64,000 nucleotides of DNA from Pristiophorus japonicus (taxonomy: Eukaryota), in the NCBI RefSeq assembly GCF_044704955.1, contig NC_091995.1:45756001-45820000 (forward strand). The letters are read 5' to 3'. The translations under genes and the position numbers were made by a program. This document shows positions 36,200-46,365 of this stretch, piece by piece. Positions within the stretch are counted from its first letter, which is position 1. The number at the start of each line of letters is the position of its first letter. The notes beneath the pieces are model-generated. The model saw nothing but the letters and a program-made list of their open reading frames with translations, did not search any database and was not told the origin of the DNA.

Positions 36200-36405
36200 T
36201 GTCATGTATGTATGCTTGGTTTTATTCGCCACCAGGTGGCACCACTGTAGGAGGTCATTGGGCTGTGCGCACGTGTGTGCGGCCCAGGTACAAAAGGCCA
36301 GCCATCTTGTAATGTAATCACTTTGGGCCCTAATAAAGTAGAACCAGGTTTGTACCTGTTTGGAGTTTACAGTATTCAGTCTATTGAATTATTGCATACA
36401 CAACA
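36200..36405 (+). repeat. 3' LTR of Gypsy element 1
   Basis: Direct repeat of 21417-21623, followed by the TSD. Confidence 0.95.
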
Positions 36406-36767
36406 GTTACTGTGCAGGATGCAGAGGTCCCAATGTGAGCTCCTGGCCACTCATATCAGCTCTCCAATCTGGAACTCTTCACTCGTGGGTCATTCCCCAG
36501 AAGAGGCTCTGCTGCTCTTTGTGAATCCAGGGTCCGTGTTACACATTCCAGCAGTGCTGGTCACCATCAGCAAACCGGAGTAGCGGGATCCCGGAGTCAC
36601 ATTGCACTGTTCACACACACCCAGGGGTTAGCAGTACAAAAATAAGTAAAATATACAACAGTTTTATATCAATGGGTGAAACTGGCTCCGGAAGGGCTGA
36701 CGTAACAAGGGGTCGCTGAGTTACACCTCGTGGTTGTAACAAGAACAGATCAGCACAGGAACTTGCA

Positions 36768-36975
36768 CAACCTGGCCCAGACAAGCTGAAGATCTCCATA
36801 ACCTGGCTCCAGGACAGCTTAAGATCTCCATAACCTGGCTCCAGGACAGCTGAAGGTCTCCATAACCTGGCCCCAGACCAGCTGAAGATCTCCATAACCT
36901 TGCTCCAGACCAGCTGAAGGTCTCCATAACCTGGCCCCAGACCAGCTGAAGATCTCCATAACCTGGCTCCAGACT
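36768..36975. repeat. 31-32-bp minisatellite (CAGCTGAAGATCTCCATAACCTGGCTCCAGGA)n
   Basis: About 6 tandem units. Confidence 0.9.
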
Positions 36976-37589
36976 AGGTGCGACTCCACAACCCGGGGGC
37001 AATGAGATATTTTGAAGATCTCAGCAAGTCTGAGCCTCCCATGAGTAAAACTTTTAGTCAGCGGTTAATCTGGGATACAACTTTTATTGCAGGCAGGGGA
37101 TCGTATTTTGGGAATCTGAATCTTTACTTAATATTGTTAAAGGAATTATAAATCGTGCAGCAATTGTAGATATTGTTTAACTCTAATGCGGTACTTCTGT
37201 GCTATATAATACATGATTATCTCCTTTATAAAGCCAAGGTTTATACCTGCAATTTCTTAGTGCAAAAGGGTAAATATATCATTTCAATCGTGTGGTGATC
37301 AAGATGTATTTCCCCAAATTGAAAAATAACATCACATTGCACCTTTTGGCCTGCATACCCGTCGATGCAGGACCCTTGACCACCCCCCTCCTAACCCAGT
37401 GGGAGATTGCTACTACATAGTGCACAGTGATCGGAGCAGAATCCCTGGCTATTCTCACTCTCACCCGGGCGTAGACAACCCCCACACATTGCACAGTGAT
37501 CGGAGCAGGACCCTGGTCATTCCCCCTTTCTAACCCGGGGATAGTGCTGCCACTGGGTGCAGTAAAGCTGCTGACCCAGTCTTCGCGAT

Positions 37590-37915
37590 CATTCTTGTTT
37601 CCCGGACTCTGTAGGCACCTCCATTGCTGCCTCCCTTCTTCCACCATTCGGTCCTCTGGATCTGGGCCTTATTGCATTCCTTCCCTCCCTTCATCCAACT
37701 ATTAATGGCAAAAACATCTGTCTGCTAAGCTACTCTCCCTGGAACTCCCTCCCTAAACCCCTCCAGCTCTCTACATCTCAGCTCCCTTATGAAAAACTCC
37801 TCATCAATCATGCTTCCGACCTTCAGTCACCTCTCCTGACCTCTCTGCAATTGTTTTCCATCCATTCCTCTTCTGTGTTAAGTGCATTGGGCTTGTAATA
37901 ATTTAAAGGTGAAAC
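37590..37915 (+). mobile_element. Old L2-type LINE 3' end
   Basis: CTGGAACTCCCTCCCTAAACCCCTCC.., a pyrimidine-rich 3' UTR and TGTTAAGTGCATTGGG..TAAAGGTG end, typical of L2 tails. Confidence 0.5.
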
Positions 37916-38022
37916 CTATTAGATACTGTAATATCTTGGGCAGAGTTTGAAAATACCGAAATAAAGCGGAGGAAAATGAGTTCATGATTTAGAATACCAT
38001 TGTCATTTCCGACTTTTACTTA

Positions 38023-38120
38023 CAGTCACTGTGTGTACACAATAGATGTACTGAGAGCTGGGCCCGGGAATACCCATGTACATCACTCACTGTGTGTCCA
38101 CCATGGATTCACTGAGGGTT
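38023..38120. repeat. ~61-bp minisatellite, left part
   Basis: CAGTCACTGTGTGTACACAAT.GATGTACTGAGAGCTGGG; continues at 41063. Confidence 0.8.
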
Positions 38121-41062
38121 GGGGAATGGTAGCGTAGTTGTAACATCACTGGACTAGTAATCCAGATGCCTGGACAAAATATCCAAAGAACCGAGTTCAT
38201 AATCCCACCACAGCGTGTCTGTAGCTGGTGCCGAGTGCTCCGTCCGGTTTTATTTTTATTATTGTTGTTCGTAGCGGTTGTGTACAACTGAGTGGCTTTT
38301 TCAGACATTTCAGAGGGCAGTTAAGAGTCAACCATGCTGTGGGTTTGGAGTCACCTAGAGGCCAGACCGGGTAAGGACATCACTGAACTAGATGGGGTAT
38401 TGAAATTAATTTAATTAAATAAATCTGGAATAAAATGCTAGTGTAGATATTTGGTGAATATGAAACTACCGGATTGTCGTAAAAACCCATCTGGTTCAGT
38501 GATGCCCTTACCCAGTCTGGCCTCTACGTGACCCCAAACCCACAGCGTGGTTGACTCTTAACTGCCCTCTGAAATGGCTGAACAAGCCGCTCAGTTGTAC
38601 ACAACCGCTACGAACAACAATAATAAGAATAAAACCGGACAGAGCACTCGATACCAGCTACAGACACAACATCAGCACACCCAGGCCAATCGACCCGCTC
38701 CACATGATATCAAGAAACGGCTGAATGCACTGGATACAGCCAAGTCTATGGACCACAGCAACATACCGGCTGTTGTGCTGAAGACTTGTGCTCCAGAACT
38801 AGCTGCATCTCTAGCCAAGCTGTTCCAAGCCAGCTACAACATTGGCAATGTAGAAAACTGTCGAGGAATATCCTGTCCACAAAAAGCAAGACAAATGCAA
38901 TCCGGCCAATTACTGCTGCATTATGTGAGGTTATCCACTTGGGTGGTAAAAACAGAGAGACAGACTATTATCTGAATGGTGACAGATTAGGAAAAGGGGA
39001 GATGCAACGAGACCTGGGTGTCATGGTACATCAGTCATTGAAGGTTGGCATGCACGTACAGCAGGCGGTTAAGAAAGCAAATGGCATGTTGGCCTTCAGA
39101 GCGAGGGGATTTGAGTACAGGGGCAGGGAGGTGTTACTACAGTTGTACAGGGCCTTGGTGAGGCCACACCTGGAGTATTGTGTACAGTTTTGGTCTCCTA
39201 ATTTGAGGAAGGACATTCTTGCTATTGAGGGAGTGCAGCGAAGGTTCACCAGACTGATTCCCGGGATGGTGGGACTGACCTATCAAGAAAGACTGTATCA
39301 ACTGGGCTTCTTTTCACTGGAGTTCAGAAGAATGAGAGGGGATCTCATAGAAATGTTTAAAATTCTGATGGGTTTAGACAGGTTAGATGCAGGAAGAATG
39401 TTCCCAATGTTGGGAAAGTCCAGAACCAGGGGTCACAGTCTAAGGATAAGGGGTAAGCCATTTAGGGCCGAGACGAGGAAAATCTTCTTCACCCAGAGAG
39501 TGGTGAACCTGTGGAATTCTCTACCACAGAAAGTTGTTGAGGCCAATTCACTAAATATATTCAAAAAGGAGTTAGATGTAGTCCTTACTACTAGGGGGAT
39601 CAAGGGGTATGGCGAGAAAGCAGGAATGGGGTACTGAAGTTGCATGTTCAGCCATGAACTCATTGAATGGCGGTGCAGGCTCGAAGCGCTGAATGGCCTA
39701 CTCCTGCACCTATTTTCTATGTTTTTATGTTTCTCTGTTTAATCTACCCTCAATCATCAGCAAAGTGATGGAGGGTGTCGTCAACAGTGCTCTCAAGCAG
39801 TACTTACTCACCAATGACCTGCTCACTGATGCTCAGTTTGTGTTCCGCCAGGGCCACTCGGCTCCAGACCTCATTACACCCTTGCTCCAAACATAGAAAA
39901 AAGAGCTGAATTCCAGAGGTGAGGTGAGAGTGACAGCCCTTGACATCAAGGCAGCATTTGACCGAGTGTGGGATCAAGGAGCCCTTGTACAACTGAAGTC
40001 AATGAGAATCAGGGGGAAAACTCTACACTGGCGAGAGTCACACCTAGCACAAAGGGAGATGGTTGTGGTGGTTGGCGGTCAATAATCACAGCCCCAGGAC
40101 ATCGCTGCAGGACAGTGTCCGAGGCCAAACAATTTTCAGTTGCTGCATCAATGACCTTCCTTCCATCATGAGGTCAGAAGTAGGGATGTTCGCTGATGAC
40201 TTCACAGTATTCAGTTCCATCCGCAAACTCCTCAGATAATGGAGCACTCCATGCCTGCATAGCGCAAGACCTGGACAACATTGAGGCTTGGGCTGGTAAG
40301 TGGCAAGTAACATTTGCGTCACACAAGTGGCAAGCAATGACGATCGGCAACAAGCAAGAGTCTAACCACCGTCCTTTAATATTCAATGGCATTACCATCG
40401 CCAAATCCCCTACCATCAACATCTTGGAGTTCACCATTGACCAGAAACGTAACTCGACCAGCAACATAAATACTGTGTCAACAACAGCAGGTCAGAGGCT
40501 GAGTATACTGCGGCGAGTGTCTCACCTCATGACTCCCCAAAGACTTTCCACCATCTACAAGGCACAAGTCAGGAGTGTGATGGAATACCTGCCATTGCCT
40601 GGATGAATGCAGCACCCACATCACTCAAGAAGCACTACACCATCCAGGACAAAGCACCCGCTTGATTGGCACCACATCCACCACCTTAAACATCGACTCG
40701 CTCCACCACCAGCGGACCGTGGCTGCAGTGTGTACCATCTACAAGATGCACTGCAGCAACTCGCCAAGGCTTCTTCGACAGCACCTTCCAAACCCGCGAC
40801 GTCTACCACCTAGAAGGACAAGGGCAGCAAGCAGATGGAAACACCATCCTGACTTGGAAATATATCACTGTTTCTTCATCGTCGCTTGGTCAAAATCCTG
40901 GAGCTCCCTCCCTAACAGCACTGTGGTAGTACCATCACCATACAGACAGCAGCGGTTCAAGAAGGGAGCTCACCACCATCTTCTCAAGGGCAATTAGGGA
41001 TGGGTAATAACTGCTGGCCTTGCCAGCAACGCCCACATCCCGTGAACGAAACATTTAAAAAA
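38121..41062 (+). mobile_element. Composite retroelement: tRNA/Deu-SINE-like head fused to an internally deleted CR1/L2-group LINE
   Basis: A-box-like TAGCGTAGTTG 38130-38140; B-box-like GAGTTCATAATCCC 38193-38206; Deu-like core 38400-38575; RT from 38696 (VLKTCAPELA, SIISKVME, ALDIKAAFDRVW, FADD) to an A-rich tail at 41062. Confidence 0.75.
38922..39740 (+). mobile_element. 5'-truncated CR1 nested in the composite LINE
   Basis: CEVIHLG..RPHLEYCVQFWSP..GIKGYGEKAG plus tail; splits the host motif PANY|..SIISKV. Confidence 0.93.
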
Positions 41063-41695
41063 GCTGGGCCGGAGATGGTGCATGTAGTTAAAGTCACTGT
41101 GTGTACACAATGGATGTACTGAGAATGGGCCAGAGATGGTCCATGTACATCAGTCACTGTGTGTACACAATGGATGTACTGAGAAATGGGCCGGAGATGG
41201 TGCATGTAGTTAAAGTCACTGTGTGTATACAATGGATGTACTGAGAGCTGAGCCCGGGATGGTCCATGTACATCAGTCACTGTGTGTACACAATGGATGT
41301 ACTGAGAAATGGACCGGAGATGGTGCATGTAGTTAAAGTCACTGTGTGTATACAATGGATGTACTGAAGCTGGGCTTGGGATGGTCCATGTACCTCAGTC
41401 ACTGTGTGTACACAATGGATGTGCTGAGAAATGGGCCGGAGATGGTGCATGTAGTTAAAGTCACTGTGCGTACACAATGGATGTGCTAAGAAATGGGACG
41501 GAGATGGTGCATGTAGTTAAATTCACTGTGTGTACACAATGGATGTACTGAGAAATGGGCCAGAGATGGTGCATGTAGTTAAGGTCACTGTGTGAGCACA
41601 GTGGATGTACTACGGATTGGCCCGGGATGGTCCATGTATATCAGTCACTGTGTGTCCACAATGGATGTACGGCGAGCTGGGCCCAGGATAGTCGT
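41063..41695. repeat. ~61-bp minisatellite with alternating A/B units
   Basis: Units ending GGTGCATGTAGTTAAAGTC alternate with units ending GGTCCATGTACATCAGTC. Confidence 0.92.
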
Positions 41696-42092
41696 GTCCG
41701 TGATCCGACTGTGTAACATGTTGAGGAAGTTTTAATCAACGTGCTCGTTGCCCCATTTGCTGCGGTTTATGTGCAGAGACTTACTGCTAGCACTGTTAGT
41801 CTCTTAGTGACATAAAATAAAACTTTGTGGCTTTAGTGTCTGCCGAACTTGACAGACACCCAAGTCCCTTCAACAAGCTGTTTCCTTTACATGATGCACA
41901 GTTCCACACGTTCAATCATCCACCCGTGAGAGGACAGCTGGAAATCATTGACATCTTTGCAATTTGCTCCATAACAGTAAACCAAGTCATGAACAAACTG
42001 CAGCGAATATGTAATGTCCAATAGTCCATGCACAGGACTTGAGCTGTTAAGAAGGCATATTTCCCGTTTGCTTTCATTCCAGAGATCCCTTG

Positions 42093-42657
42093 TCATCATA
42101 GGCAGTCCCTCGGAATCAGGGAAAACTTGCTTCCACCCCTGAAGTGAGATCTTTGGTGGCTGAACAGTCCAATACAAAAGCCACAGACTCTGTCACAGGT
42201 GGGACAGATAGTCGCTGAGGTAAGGGTTGGGTGGGACTGGTTGGCCGCACGCTCTTTCCGCCGCCTGCGCTTGATTTCTGCATGTTCTCGGCATTGAGAC
42301 TCGAGATGCTTAGCACCCTCTCAGATGCACTTCCTCCACTTAGCGCAGCCTTGGGCCAGGGATTCCCAAGTGTCAGTGGGGATGTTTCACTTTATCAGGG
42401 AGGCTTTGAGGGTGTCCTTGTAACATTTCTGCTGCCCACCTTTGGCTCATTTGCCGTGGAGGAGCTCCAAGTAGAGCACTTGATTTTGGAGTCTCGTGTC
42501 CAGCATGTGAATGATGTGGCGTGCCCAGCGGAGCTGATCGAGTGTGATCAGTGCTTCAATGCTGGGGATGTTAGCCTGGACGAGGATGCTGATGTTGGTG
42601 CGTCTGTCCTCCCAGGGGATTTGGAGGATCTTGCGGAGACATCATTGGTGATATTTC
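42093..42657 (-). mobile_element. RTE 3' fragment
   Basis: TCATCATAGGCAGTCCCTCG..CTTGCTTCCAC is the reverse complement of the RTE tail; homologous to 8520-9070. Confidence 0.9.
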
Positions 42658-42787
42658 CGCCATGACCAGACCCCGCCAGTGTAGTTAACTGCAATGGCAG
42701 CACCTCTGCTCCACATGTTACAGTGCACAGTTCCATGTACCAATATTATTTCTGTTACAGTATTGGTATTTAATACTCAGCCCCGTA

Positions 42788-43070
42788 ACCTTACTGGGTG
42801 CATAATCTCTGGGGTCAGTAAACTTGCCCCATCACTATTCAGCACAATAACCTTACCTGGTACAGAGACTCTTGGGCCAGTACACGTGCCCCATCAATAT
42901 TCAGCAGCATAACCTTACCTGGTACAGAAACTCTAGGGTCCGTACACGTGCCCCATCAATATTCAGCAGCATAACCTTACCGGGTACAGACACTCTAGGC
43001 CCGTACACATGTCCCATCAATGTTCAGCACCGGAACCTTACCGGGTACAGAAACTCTAGGGCCAGTACAA
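42788..43070. repeat. ~61-63-bp minisatellite (AACCTTACCTGGTACAGAAACTCTAGGGCC..CCCATCAATATTCAGCAGCAT)n
   Basis: About 4.5 tandem units. Confidence 0.85.
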
Positions 43071-43399
43071 GTGAGTCATATTTACCAGTGCAGAGACTAC
43101 TGAGCTACTTTTGGCAGTGGACATTGGAGTCCCCACTCAGCGGACATTCTGTGTCCGTGCTTCTCTGAGTGGTCCCAAACTGCCTTCAATACGGAGCAGT
43201 ACTAAATCTGCAGTTAATGGAGATTGGGCTGATTCATAGCTGGTTTCTAGACGGACCTTTACTTGGTCTCTCTTGTCCGAAACTTATGAGATATTTGTGA
43301 TAGAGTCTTTTTAAATGAGGAATGGAGTAGTGTGGAAGAGAAAGATTGGGCACTCTCACTGGGGAACCCAGATTCAATACAAAACTCGATGAAAGGTAG

Positions 43400-43745
43400 A
43401 TTGCCCCACAGGGTGATTTCATACTAGTGTGCTAAAGGTTCACACTGTCCCACTCGGTGATTTACTATCAATGTGCTAAAGGTTCACACTGTCCCACTCG
43501 GTGATTTACTATCAATGTGCTAAAGGTTCACACTGTCCCACTCAGTGATTTACTATCAATGTGCTAAAGGTTCACACTGTCCCACTCGATGATTTAATAT
43601 CAGTGTGCTAAAGGTTCACACTGTCCCACTCGGTGATATAATATCAGTGTGTTAATGGTTCATGCGATCCCTCAAGCTTTTTCCATATCAATGTGTTACG
43701 GGTCCTATTATCCCACAGGGAGATTTCATCTCAGTCTGTTAAGGC
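43400..43745. repeat. 44-bp minisatellite (GTGCTAAAGGTTCACACTGTCCCACTCGGTGATTTACTATCAAT)n
   Basis: Five near-perfect units plus degenerate flanking units. Confidence 0.9.
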
Positions 43746-44517
43746 TACTTTCAAGCACGCAGAATAAAGTTTGAAGTAAGTTAGAAGATATAGATCTAAG
43801 TTAGTGGCTTGTGAGTTGAAAACAAATAATAAGAGCAACTTTCCTCAAGGATGATGAAAGCTACGATATATTCCTCAGTAGGAAAGCAAACATTTTCATA
43901 ATTGGTGGTGTTTTAAATGCAGCTCGAATCTACTGGGACAGTCCTGGCCCCGGAGGGACAGGTTGCAATGTGCTCAATGGCTTTATTCGCCGATACAAAA
44001 TGTCAACCTATGTTTGACCACAATACAGATTTAGCACTGGTCCTCCAGGTTGTTTCGATATTAGTTCAGGAAACATTATTCAGAAAACCTGGTAAAATGT
44101 AAAGAAAACCATTCTCCGCTGACTGAACCCGACTGGTGTAAACTTGGAAATTAGGTCGAATGCACAATCCCAGATTGAACCGTCACAATTCAGCTCAAAG
44201 ACCGAGCTGCTGAAAGAGGATGGGACCGTCAAGTAGGCTGTGTGAGGAAGGCATTAAAATATGCAAAAGACAATTTAGTGGACACAATTAATGTTTGTAT
44301 TTAAAATATAATTTTGAGGTTTTAAAATGTAATATTTTATTGTGGACATTAGAATGTTCAGTTACTAAGAGACAACATTGATTGAAAAAAACGCAGAAAT
44401 ATGTTTGAATGATTTGTGGGAACCCTGTAGCCACACTGCATAGTTTCAGTGTGATTAGTTTAGAAAGATCAACCCTGGATGGATTGCTGGCTAGATAGAC
44501 CCGTAGATCGACCGGTG

Positions 44518-44570
44518 GAGAGATAGATAGACAGACTGACCGACATACAGACAGACGGACAGACAGACGC
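44518..44570. repeat. (GATA/GACA)n microsatellite
   Basis: AGATAGATAGACAGAC..GACAGACAGAC. Confidence 0.7.
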
Positions 44571-45174
44571 TCATCTCTTACATGTCATCTTCTCAGGAAA
44601 TGTGCATTTAGTTTCACTAATTAAATAATTCCTGATGTCAGAATATACGTTTAGACTCTTGTATAAATTGCTCAGTGATCTGGTGTTTTTAACACTTGAC
44701 GTTATTCCAGTATGTAATGATGTTCTTTTCCCACTCTTTGATGTATCATTACACACTGAACCATGGGATTTCTGATCTTCCGGACTATAGTATAATGGAG
44801 GTTCGGTTTGGCTCTGAGATAGACTAGTGTGACAGCAATATGTACATAACGGTTCCGAGGAAGCATTGGATGGTGAAGTCCTATGGCAACAGTTACTGGG
44901 AGGGATTCATAATTACTGTAACCAGTTTCCACGGAATCAGAAATTGCAAGATTCCAGAGCGGTAAAGCAGATGAACCAAAGTTCAAGTAAGCTGGTTTGT
45001 AATAAAATGAAACAAAACCATGTAAAGTTCCTTGGATCCACCTGGCAAAATGCACAGCAAACAATCGCAGGTTATTTATGTAATTTACTGTTGCCTTTTC
45101 AGTCAGCTGTACTAGAGCACTATGAAAGCAGTGTTCTGTAAATACATTAGCAATGTTCCTGGACGAGTGAAGCG

Positions 45175-45510
45175 GATAATACAGTAACCTTATTAGGATA
45201 TTATTGCACGGGGAGCCCAGAGGTGTTCAGTCTAAATTCCAATATGGGGTGTTGAAATTTGAAAACAATGAATCTGAAAATTTGTGGACTATCACCAAGA
45301 AAAATTATCATGGATGCTAGCGATTTATCATAAAATCCGAACTATTTCACTAATATCTTACAGAGAAGGAAACCAGACGCTCTCTACCCGGGCTGGCCTA
45401 CAAGTGATTCTCTCCCACCCAACATATCTATCCCTTAATGCAGTCAAGGCATGAAGGGATGGACATGAAATGCTGGTTTTCCATTGTCACTCACATAGGA
45501 AGAACAACAT
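45175..45510 (+). mobile_element. Old Deu-type tRNA-SINE
   Basis: Degenerate match to 38121-38575 and to the tail 40995-41050 (GGGATGGACATGAAATGCTGG). Confidence 0.6.
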
Positions 45511-45879
45511 ATAATAAGCTTGCAATTCTATATATTGCTGATTTACTGATTTAATATCAGTTTATTTGCATAGTCAATAAATAATTGCAGTTTAGGGAAA
45601 ATTAACAATCACTTAATGGATGATACTTGTGCCTTGATAATTGTTCATGCCTCTCTCAAGCCTAACCTAAAGCAATTGGTCTAATCTTCAGTTTCTTCAC
45701 ACTTATTTGTTTTCCATCTGTAGACGTTGTTAGTTATAATATCTACTGAAATCTGAAATCACATCTCAGTTCAAGTTTGATCAGAAATGGTGGTCCAAAA
45801 TGATTTTTACTCAGCCACTCTTAACTTTCAACTTACTTTTATATTTCAATACATCCCTCATGTCTTGGGCCGCGTATCT

Positions 45880-46270
45880 GATTTTAAATTAAATTCGCCC
45901 TTCCTCTCCGGAAAGTGCAATTTCTTGCCTGGCTATGATCCAAGAGGCACCCTCCTCGATCTGATACAAGCAGCACTCCTCCACTGAGGTTCTGGACAAT
46001 GAGTGTTCATGGACTATTTAGCTGCTGAGGTGGGAGGGGGAGGCAGCACAGCTGAGACCGTGCTGTTTTTACATCAGTCCGAGCTCATAGAGTCACTATA
46101 TTATGGTTAGGAGCGAGAATTCTGGCTAATTTTCCCCGCCTTAGCCCAGTGGGGATGAAGCCAAATGCAGGTCCCTGTAACCAGCTGTCCGTATCCTTGT
46201 ATAATGGTACATAGACATTCAGTCTGGTCCGGATCAGCTGCGAACTACCATTACCAAATGAGCCTTCCAG
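45880..46270 (-). mobile_element. Decayed tRNA-derived SINE
   Basis: Minus strand begins GGCTCATTTGGTA (A-box-like); body resembles 19895-20040 and the GGAGCAGGA.CCCTGG..TAACCC segments at 37330-37560. Confidence 0.5.
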
Positions 46271-46365
46271 GCGAGGTGGGAGGTTCTTCTGCCATCTCTC
46301 TCTCGCCAGGCTGAGCATGGGACATGAAACAACGTTTCATCTGATGGCATTTCTCTCTCGCCGAC

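Larger units (their letters stand above)
21417..36405 (+). mobile_element. Ty3/Gypsy (Mag-type) LTR retrotransposon, decayed, with nested CR1 insertions
   Basis: LTRs 21417-21623 and 36200-36405 (TG..CA); TSD GTTAC at 21412-21416 and 36406-36410; PBS TGGTGACGA at 21626; PPT before 36200; gag from 21664 with twin Cys-His knuckles ~22320-22420; protease (ELDMG), RT (FQDD ~29584), RNase H (LACDA..GVG, EKEALA), integrase (H..H, CxxC, IHIDFAGP). Confidence 0.95.

Noticed and set aside
38121-38215. tRNA gene
   Set aside because: Only degenerate A/B boxes of a SINE head; no cloverleaf.
38786-39637. 283-aa ORF as a host gene
   Set aside because: Chance fusion of an off-frame LINE segment with the nested CR1 ORF2 C-terminus.
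45880-46365. Minus-strand coding exon split by the Gypsy insertion
   Set aside because: Mostly explained as a decayed SINE; all frames contain stops after rejoining across the TSD.
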